From IMG/VR virus record IMGVR_UViG_3300022666_000091: a DNA stretch of 20,861 bases; one strand, written 5' to 3'. Below the pieces are notes generated by a model that saw nothing but the letters and a program-made list of their open reading frames with translations, did not search any database and had not been told where the DNA came from. Each line of letters starts with the position of its first letter. The stretch's first letter is position 1. A program made the position numbers and the translations under genes. This stretch comes from an uncultured virus (IMG/VR IMGVR_UViG_3300022666_000091) (lineage: Duplodnaviria > Heunggongvirae > Uroviricota > Caudoviricetes). This document shows, piece by piece, positions 14,974 to 20,861 of this stretch.

Positions 14974-15138
14974 TCAAGCACTCGATGGCGTTTCCTGTAT
15001 CGGCACATCGGGGAAGTTGGCGCTTCCGATGTCCTTGGCAATTCGGGTCGCGGCCTGGCGGTTGTCCGCCTCGACGTAGACCCTGAATCTGTATCGCAAA
15101 AAGTGCCCGGCGGCCTGGCTTTGGAGCCACCGGGCCAT
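14974..15138 (-). CDS. Hypothetical protein (54 aa)
   Basis: MARWLQ...FRVYVEADNRQAATRIA. Weak RBS. Confidence 0.4.
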   Translation of the reverse strand: MARWLQSQAAGHFLRYRFRVYVEADNRQAATRIAKDIGSANFPDVPIQETPSSA

Positions 15139-15205
15139 GGAGTCTGTTCCTGCTCGGGCAGGGGTGTTTTCTCGGCGAAAACGGCAAGAATGGCCGGTTT
15201 CGGTC

Positions 15206-15565
15206 TTAGACGACCACAAAAACTTCGGGCAGGTGTTCTACCATTTCCTGCCACAACATCGTCGCCACCTCCCGCATTTGGGGGTGGGCCGCCGGAGATG
15301 TGCGCAGCCGGAAGAAGTGTCGCCATTCGCGGAGGTTCATGGTCATGACGATCTCGGTCTTCAGGCTGTTTGGGAGGACGGTCCGGGCTTCCTCAGGTTT
15401 CCATCCCCTCTCACGCAGTTTCTTGTAGTGTTGCTCTGCGTGATACATGGCACTCAGCCAGTCCGCTGTCGCTGGGTATTGCGTGGTGGTCGGGATATCG
15501 TTGTACTGCCCGGCGAACACGCCTTCGCACCACGGTGGAATAATGAACGCTACATGGCCGTTGGA
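15206..15565 (-). pseudogene. thyX: FAD-dependent thymidylate synthase ThyX, 3' half only
   Basis: EEARTVLPNSLKTEIVMTMNLREWRHFFRLRTSPAAHPQMR. Begins exactly at the IS right end. The RHRx7S motif half is absent from the window. Confidence 0.9.
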
Positions 15566-15750
15566 TTGACGTACTCCCACGGCTAAAGCGCGTGGGATTC
15601 TAGGCTCAAGCGGTCGCTGCTCCCCAAAGGGAGTCTCACGCGACCTAACCTAAGAGAAGACGCCCCTTCTCTGTGGATGTTTACAGCGGCGTTGTGGTCG
15701 CGGTCATGGATGACGCCACAACAGGAACAGACCCAACGCCGATCAGACAG
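15546..15750 (-). ncRNA. Predicted TnpB omegaRNA/reRNA; guide read from the thyX flank; 5' boundary approximate
   Basis: Inferred from established TnpB biology: the scaffold overlaps the tnpB 3' end and right end. Predicted guide TCCAACGGCCATGTAGCGTT. Confidence 0.55.
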
Positions 15751-16749
15751 TTTTAACTCTTGGATATGCCCGCAATCGGAACAGGTCTTAGAAGACGGAT
15801 AGAAACGATTGACCAGATGAACAACTTTGCCTTTGGTGGATGCAACGTACTGCAAAATGCTCATAAACTCGGAACGCGCAATGTCACTAACTTTGCGCCC
15901 CCACATGGCTTGCATCCCCTTCATAGCAAGGTCTTCAAAGAACAGTTGATCGTACCTGTCCGTCAACTCATGCGCCAGCTTAAAGAACCAATCGCGGCGA
16001 CGGTTAACCACGCGCCGATAAATGCGTGCCACATTGCGCTTTGCCTTGTGCCAGTTGCGCGAACCTTTGCGCTTACTCGACATACGACGCTGCGCCTGGC
16101 GCAATTCATCAAGCGCTTGGCGATAGTACAGCGGGGACTCAATCGCTTGCCCATCCGATGTGGTGAGAAAAGTCTTCAGGCCAAAATCAAAGCCCGCGCT
16201 GTTACCTGTCATGGCTTGATTGCTTTGGTCGATTTCTTCTTGCACCACAAAGTAGAGGTAGAGATTGCCCAACGTGTCGCGCTTGACTGTGACCGTCTTG
16301 ACGCCCGCGGGGATGTCGCGGCTCTTGCTGTATCTGTAGATTCTGCCCTGGATGTAGATGCGGTTTCCTTCGAGCAACTTCCAACCAGCCTGCTTGAGAG
16401 TGAACGAACTGTATTTTTTGACCTTTTTGAACGAGGGTGGCGCGGTCTTGACCTTGCGCTTGAGGTTGCCAAAGAACAATTTGTAGGCGCGGTCAATGCG
16501 CTGCGCTATGTCCTGAATGGCTTGCGAACCAACCAGATTCCAGTGAGCATAGCGCGGCAGTTTCTTGAGCTTTGTGAGATGTCGCATCAAATCGTACTGG
16601 CTCAAATGCTTACCAGTCAGACGATAGTAGCGACGGTGAAGCGCAATGCAGTGGTTGTAGATCAGACCCGCAATGTCAATCTGCTGGTGCAAATGCTTAT
16701 TCTTTTTTGCCCGATACAGCTTGAACTTGTAGGTCTTGGTCAGAATCAT
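15583..16749 (-). CDS. tnpB: TnpB RNA-guided endonuclease (388 aa)
   Basis: MILTKTYKFKLY start overlaps the tnpA stop (ATGA). RuvC motifs GFDFG, FEDL, DRDHNAA. Zn finger CSDC/CSCC. Confidence 0.95.
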   Translation of the reverse strand: MILTKTYKFKLYRAKKNKHLHQQIDIAGLIYNHCIALHRRYYRLTGKHLSQYDLMRHLTKLKKLPRYAHWNLVGSQAIQDIAQRIDRAYKLFFGNLKRKVKTAPPSFKKVKKYSSFTLKQAGWKLLEGNRIYIQGRIYRYSKSRDIPAGVKTVTVKRDTLGNLYLYFVVQEEIDQSNQAMTGNSAGFDFGLKTFLTTSDGQAIESPLYYRQALDELRQAQRRMSSKRKGSRNWHKAKRNVARIYRRVVNRRRDWFFKLAHELTDRYDQLFFEDLAMKGMQAMWGRKVSDIARSEFMSILQYVASTKGKVVHLVNRFYPSSKTCSDCGHIQELKLSDRRWVCSCCGVIHDRDHNAAVNIHREGASSLRLGRVRLPLGSSDRLSLESHAL

Positions 16750-17147
16750 TGGTTCTTCTGATCTTCGATGTAGCGGCGAATTGTTTCTTGCGAGATATGA
16801 CCAACGGATTCGCAATAGTACGAACGTGTCCACAGGGTAGGCAAGCGACTTTTGAGCTTGGGGAACTCTTTCCTCAATTCGTGCGAGGAATAACCCTTCA
16901 ACTGTTGGACGATATAGTGCGGTGGCAACGTGGGGGGGGCTTTGACAAAGATATGCACGTGATCGGGCATGACTTCCATGATCTCGATATGCGCGCCGAT
17001 GCTTGCAGCCCTTTCGGTCAACAACTCTTTCAGCCTGTCGGCAACCGCGCCAAGCAGCACCTTGCGTCTGTACTTCGGACACCAGATCAGGTGATAGCCA
17101 ATGTTGTAGACCGCTTTGTTGCTCGTTGTCCATCGCTCGTTCGCCAT
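16746..17147 (-). CDS. tnpA: IS200/IS605 transposase TnpA
   Basis: YHLIWCPKYRR, PDHVHIF, LWTRSYY, IRRYIEDQ. Confidence 0.97.
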   Translation of the reverse strand: MANERWTTSNKAVYNIGYHLIWCPKYRRKVLLGAVADRLKELLTERAASIGAHIEIMEVMPDHVHIFVKAPPTLPPHYIVQQLKGYSSHELRKEFPKLKSRLPTLWTRSYYCESVGHISQETIRRYIEDQKNQ

Positions 17148-17153
17148 ACCAGA

Positions 17154-17182
17154 AGTATATCAAATTGTTATGCTTCGGGCAA
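17154..17182 (-). promoter_or_regulatory. tnpA promoter, likely leaderless transcript
   Basis: TTGCCC-17 nt-TATACT ends 6 nt before the ATG. No Shine-Dalgarno. Confidence 0.55.
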
Positions 17183-17243
17183 GTATATACTGTACAGTTC
17201 AAATGTAGCGGGCTTTCATCCAACGGTTAAAACACGTTGGCTT

Positions 17244-17810
17244 TCAGCCCGAGAGGTGCCGTAAAAAAGATCCCGAACCTGCGTAAATCAGCGGTCCGTA
17301 ATCATCTCTGAAATACTCCTGATATTGAGCACTTAACGCGTTTACGAACACGCGCGATGGTGCGTGAGGCTTCCGCTGTCCGGCATACTTCTTCATTTCA
17401 GGGAAACTCGTTGCCAATACCTCAAAAAAAGTGCTGTGCAACTCGCAAGTCATTTCCTCTTGCCTCTTCTTGTAGTCATAAGCCGCATAGAACTTTTGTG
17501 ATTGTTCCCAATAAAAGAGCTTTTTCACAAGGTCATCGTAGGTGAAGTGCTCAACCGGTTCTCCGTCCACGATTGCATGTTGGATGTTGTGCTGCGGCCG
17601 CTCCTGTTGAATTGCAAAACGCTCCGCACGTTCTGCCTCGGCACGTGAAGGGTAATATTCGATATCTACCCTGGTGACTTCTTCGTACCAGGGTTTTTCT
17701 TGACGATGTTGCGCCATGCGTTGTATGGCGTGCAGTGAGACACCGACGTACAACAGATGATCTTCAGAATCGTAGTACCGATACAATGCCGTTCGTTCTT
17801 TGCCCTTCAT
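17244..17810 (-). CDS. GIY-YIG nuclease-domain protein; C-terminus clipped by the IS left end
   Basis: ALYRYY...LLYVGVS...R..QH...AE..AI..ERP.HN. Last codons (RHLSG*) come from IS sequence. Confidence 0.8.
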   Translation of the reverse strand: MKGKERTALYRYYDSEDHLLYVGVSLHAIQRMAQHRQEKPWYEEVTRVDIEYYPSRAEAERAERFAIQQERPQHNIQHAIVDGEPVEHFTYDDLVKKLFYWEQSQKFYAAYDYKKRQEEMTCELHSTFFEVLATSFPEMKKYAGQRKPHAPSRVFVNALSAQYQEYFRDDYGPLIYAGSGSFLRHLSG

Positions 17811-17956
17811 ACCCCCAGCTCCTGCAACAGATTTTCCACTGCCCGGCGCATCAACTCGCTGACTGAATACCCCGTCTGCTGCCTCGCCTTCTTGAGCCGC
17901 AGCAAGACCTGCTCAGGGAAATAGAAGTTGGTACGCTTCATCGTGCGCCGTTTCAT
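17807..17956 (-). CDS. CopG/ribbon-helix-helix regulator (49 aa; not in the track; alternative start 17941)
   Basis: MKRRTMKRTNFYFPEQVLLRLKKARQQTGYSVSELMRRAVENLL. ATGA overlap with the GIY-YIG gene. Confidence 0.85.
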   Translation of the reverse strand: MKRRTMKRTNFYFPEQVLLRLKKARQQTGYSVSELMRRAVENLLQELGV

Positions 17957-17963
17957 GTGTATA

Positions 17964-17997
17964 GGTGTAGCACATGTTCGGTTGGTGTATCAAACAC
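17964..17997 (-). promoter_or_regulatory. Promoter/operator motif, copy 2
   Basis: TTGATA-18 nt-TACACC ends 7 nt before the RHH ATG. Similar to 11888-11920. Confidence 0.6.
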
Positions 17998-19798
17998 TTT
18001 GGGCACGAGAAAACCCTGTCTCGCCTGGCGCCGCCATTGCCGCTGGCCGGTAGTTCGCTCGCACCAGTGCCTCGGCGAATGCCGGGGGCACGGAATTCCC
18101 GCACCGTTTGACCTGTTCCGTGGCGGTAATGCGGTTCCCTTCGGCGTCCCGGTCAATGATGTAATCCTGTGGGAAACCCTGGGCATTGAACAGTTCCCTC
18201 GGCGTCAGCATCCGCATCCCGATATCGGCTATTCGGTATTCCTCGCCCTGGACCGTGACCAGACCGAACCGGTCCTTGGTGGTGATGGTGTGCAGCGGCT
18301 CCCTCAACTGGGGGGCCTGGTCAGTCCCGTAGTATTTAAGGAGAAACGCCCTGACTTCCCCTACATGAAGCCCACCGGCGGTAATCGTCGGCATTGGGTC
18401 GGTCGCTGCCTGCCCATGCCGGCAGGTACCCCGCAGTTTCACCAGATGCGAGGTTATTAAAGAATCCTTGCTTTTCGACGTAATGGTCTGTTGAGGTTCG
18501 GCAGCGTTTGCACCATCTGATTTACCGAAATTCCGGACCAAGCTCGCTGCTACTATCCCGGTCTTCCCAGCTCCGTCCGCCATAACGGTAGGCGCTGGGG
18601 CATCGACCGCTTGCCCCACGCTCTCCCCGAAATGCCGGATAAGGTTGGCTACCACCAAGGAATGATGGTCGATGCTGGTTATCGTTCCCATTGGCTCCTC
18701 TGCGCAGGAGCCAACAGCTCCGGTGTAGTGTTTTGCCAGGAACGCGGAAACCAAGGCATGTTTACCTCCGCCTGCCACCACGGTCCCCAGGGGTTTGTCT
18801 ATACCCGGCACTCGGGGAGCCTGGCCAGGGCGTTCACCGTAGCCTGTCTGGATCAGCCTATGCGCACAGGTAATAGTGGGCAACAGTTCCTTGATACCGT
18901 GAGCCCTGCGCTTCCCATGATGCGTAAGCGGCACGATGAAGGGCTCCGGGCTCTCCACCACGTACTTCATCACCCCCCGGGCAATCCTCCGCAACGTGGC
19001 ATCCGCCAGGGGCCTCTTCACCTTGAGAAGCCTTCCCTCTTCCTTCGTGAGGAAAATCGAGGGACACGGGATGGACCAGTCAATGCACTCTGCGGCAGTG
19101 CGCCAGGGTTTGAGGCGACCGGATTTCACCGCATCGCTCTTCGGATCCCCGTGCGTCGGTTCCGGCCACACGATGGGCTGCCCGTCGCAACGGGCCACCA
19201 GAAAGAATCGTTTCCGGGATGTGGGGGCTCCATAATCGCATGCCCGCAACTCCTGGTATTCGACAGCATACCCATGGCGCTCTATGGCCTTCACAAACAC
19301 CTGAAACGTTCTTCCCTTTCGTTTCGGGCACGGGTAATGATCTCCGTTCGCATCCTTGACCAGCGGTCCCCAAGAAGTAAACTCCTCCACGTTCTCTAGG
19401 CAGATGACCCTCGGCTTCACCTTGCCGATCCACTTCAGCACGATCCACGCGAGACCACGTATCTTTTTCTGGACCGGCTTACCCCCTTTCGCTTTTGAAA
19501 AGTGAGTGCAGTCCGGAGAAAACCATGCGAGCCCCACAGGACGGCCTCCGGTTACTTCCGTCGGATCCACGTCCCAGACAGACTCGCACAGATGCCGTGT
19601 CAGGGGGTGATTCACCAGGTGCATCGCCACGGCGCCGGGGTCGTGATTGATGGCCACGTCTACCGGGCGGCCCAGGCCTGCCTCAATGCCGGTGGACGCC
19701 CCGCCACCGCCGGCGAAATTGTCTATCACCATTTCATCAAAGTTGAAAGCGAATTGGGGGGAAATACGGTAGCGAGACACCAGTTCTTCTTTCGTCAT
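17990..19798 (-). CDS. C5 cytosine DNA methyltransferase, phage type with a long repetitive variable region
   Basis: DNFAGGGGAS (motif I), SPDC (IV), ENV (VI), RKRFF (VIII), CGNSV (X). Repeated PxxTIT units. Confidence 0.95.
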   Translation of the reverse strand: MTKEELVSRYRISPQFAFNFDEMVIDNFAGGGGASTGIEAGLGRPVDVAINHDPGAVAMHLVNHPLTRHLCESVWDVDPTEVTGGRPVGLAWFSPDCTHFSKAKGGKPVQKKIRGLAWIVLKWIGKVKPRVICLENVEEFTSWGPLVKDANGDHYPCPKRKGRTFQVFVKAIERHGYAVEYQELRACDYGAPTSRKRFFLVARCDGQPIVWPEPTHGDPKSDAVKSGRLKPWRTAAECIDWSIPCPSIFLTKEEGRLLKVKRPLADATLRRIARGVMKYVVESPEPFIVPLTHHGKRRAHGIKELLPTITCAHRLIQTGYGERPGQAPRVPGIDKPLGTVVAGGGKHALVSAFLAKHYTGAVGSCAEEPMGTITSIDHHSLVVANLIRHFGESVGQAVDAPAPTVMADGAGKTGIVAASLVRNFGKSDGANAAEPQQTITSKSKDSLITSHLVKLRGTCRHGQAATDPMPTITAGGLHVGEVRAFLLKYYGTDQAPQLREPLHTITTKDRFGLVTVQGEEYRIADIGMRMLTPRELFNAQGFPQDYIIDRDAEGNRITATEQVKRCGNSVPPAFAEALVRANYRPAAMAAPGETGFSRAQSV

Positions 19799-20063
19799 GC
19801 TGTCTCTCCTCTGTATCGTTTGACCTGCTCCATGATCTCTTCTGCTACGTTCTTAACAACCGGGTTGGCTTCCATCTCCTCGTGACGGCGAAGCACCCAT
19901 GGCACCACCGTTTCGCAGAGATCGATAAGGTGTTTCAGAACATTCACCGCCTCTTTTGCGTCGGTCAACGCCTTTTTCAAGCCCGCATTCTCTACGATGG
20001 TTGCACCGGGATCGGGTTCGGATCGCAAATGGTGTATCGCTCTCCAAGGTACCAGTTGCCCAT
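19795..20063 (-). CDS. Hypothetical protein, probably split by a 1-nt frameshift near 20012-20020
   Basis: Strong RBS GGAGG before ATG 20063 opens only 23 codons. The downstream frame is coupled to the methyltransferase by ATGA. Confidence 0.5.
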
Positions 20064-20065
20064 GC

Positions 20066-20554
20066 CTACCTCCCCGTGCTTCCGAAGCCGTTCCCGGCCC
20101 GCTGGCTTTCCGGCAGTTCGTCCGTCTCGAGCATCTCGCACCTCACCACCGGGCAGATGACCCCTTGCGCTATCCGGTCGCCCTTCATGACCATATAAGC
20201 ATCCCTGCCGCAGTTCATGACGATGACACCCAGCTCGCCGCGGTAGCCAGAATCCACCGTGCCGAACTTCACCACGAGTGGGGTCTTTGCCGACATTCCC
20301 GAACGGGGCCGGATCTGGATCTCATGGCCGGGCGGAACCGCACAGGCCAGGCCGATCTTGAAAACGTATGTCATGCCCGGTGCCAGAACCATGTCTTCCA
20401 GGCTCTTGAAATCGAAACCGCTATCTCCCTCGTGGGCATATTGGGGAATCGTGGCTTCCAGGGAAAGGAGCTTCCATTCCAGGACACCGGCACGTCGCGT
20501 TACATGTATGTTGTTCCTCTGAACCCAGTTTCGGTACTCCTCAGTCAATGCCAT
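20066..20554 (-). CDS. dut: Trimeric dUTPase
   Basis: All five motifs: SGFD, RPRSG, GTVDSGYRGE, GDRIAQ, RAGNGFGSTG. Confidence 0.96.
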   Translation of the reverse strand: MALTEEYRNWVQRNNIHVTRRAGVLEWKLLSLEATIPQYAHEGDSGFDFKSLEDMVLAPGMTYVFKIGLACAVPPGHEIQIRPRSGMSAKTPLVVKFGTVDSGYRGELGVIVMNCGRDAYMVMKGDRIAQGVICPVVRCEMLETDELPESQRAGNGFGSTGR

Positions 20555-20714
20555 TCAAAAATCCTCCTCCCTTGAGACCTTCTTTCTGACAACCGCCAAT
20601 ATCACGACGTGACCGCCCGCACTCGCACTCTCCATCACCCCATACCTGCCGGGCGGCGCAATGGCGGGTGTGCCCCTGGTCTCTGATTTCGTCAATCTTC
20701 TGCTGGTCGTCCAC
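20541..20714 (-). CDS. Small His/Cys metal-binding protein (57 aa; not in the track)
   Basis: GTG start after purine-rich GGAAGGGGAAGG. MDDQQKIDEIRDQGHTRHCAARQVWGDGECEC... Confidence 0.55.
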   Translation of the reverse strand: MDDQQKIDEIRDQGHTRHCAARQVWGDGECECGRSRRDIGGCQKEGLKGGGFLNGID

Positions 20715-20832
20715 GAACGCAGCCTTCCCCTTCCACCATCTTCACGCCAAGTCCGCAACTGGCGTTCACCTAGAAACTATGGAACAGCTGCTTCTGATAA
20801 TTCAAAAAAATTCTTAATAGTGCAATATTTAC

Positions 20833-20860
20833 TTGACACGAGGTCTAAGTTTTTTATATT
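20833..20860 (+). promoter_or_regulatory. Possible outward-facing (rightward) sigma70 promoter in the AT-rich control region
   Basis: TTGACA-16 nt-TATATT at the window end. Confidence 0.4.
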
Positions 20861-20861
20861 T

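Larger units (their letters stand above)
15566..17260 (-). mobile_element. Complete IS200/IS605-family element (tandem tnpA-tnpB), 1695 bp
   Basis: Left end: TTAC|GGCACC..., guide AAAG, hairpin CCAACG...CGTTGG. Right end: GAAT, hairpin CCCACG...CGTGGG, ending TCAA. These are the same tetranucleotide pairs as IS608. Confidence 0.95.

Noticed and set aside
15206..15580. Intact 124-aa gene starting at GTG 15580
   Set aside because: The start lies within the IS right-end hairpin, and the product lacks the N-terminal ThyX motif. It is a fragment.
15583..17223. 546-aa extended TnpB in the ORF track
   Set aside because: The extra 158 codons overlap tnpA in another frame and start inside the left-end hairpin. 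The typical TnpB N-terminus begins at ATG 16749, coupled to the tnpA stop.
17215..17226. First 8 nt of the predicted TnpB guide (TCCAACGG) also occur in the IS left-end hairpin, suggesting self-targeting
   Set aside because: The match is only 8 nt and is preceded by TTCA rather than the predicted TTAC TAM. Likely coincidence.
15566..17260. IStron or intron that would splice out to restore thyX
   Set aside because: There is no room for a group I intron core: the left end lies only about 110 nt from tnpA. The upstream flank is also not thyX.
18850..18880. Possible short in-frame deletion in the C5 methyltransferase variable region (TITCAHR|LIQTG)
   Set aside because: The other repeat units have a linker at this point, but this cannot be established without an alignment. 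The frame and catalytic motifs are intact.

Overview
Segment of a high-GC tailed phage or prophage. The RdgC sequence type suggests a deltaproteobacterial host, but this is inference. Nearly all phage genes lie on the minus strand in tightly coupled runs. Reading right to left: dUTPase, C5 DNA methyltransferase, an RHH + GIY-YIG pair, an IS200/IS605 element (tnpA-tnpB), the 3' half of thyX, terminase small and large (GpA-like) subunits, then many accessory genes. These include an acyl carrier protein, a DUF4116-like repeat protein, a GGQ release-factor-like protein, an attC-bounded integron-like cassette, RdgC, a lytic transglycosylase, a zeta-toxin-like kinase with an N-terminal extension, a radical SAM enzyme and an N4/N6 DNA methyltransferase. 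That methyltransferase is interrupted by a second, low-GC IS605-type element (divergent tnpA/tnpB) running off the left edge. No portal, capsid, tail or integrase gene is visible. All family calls come from motif recognition by eye, not database searches.
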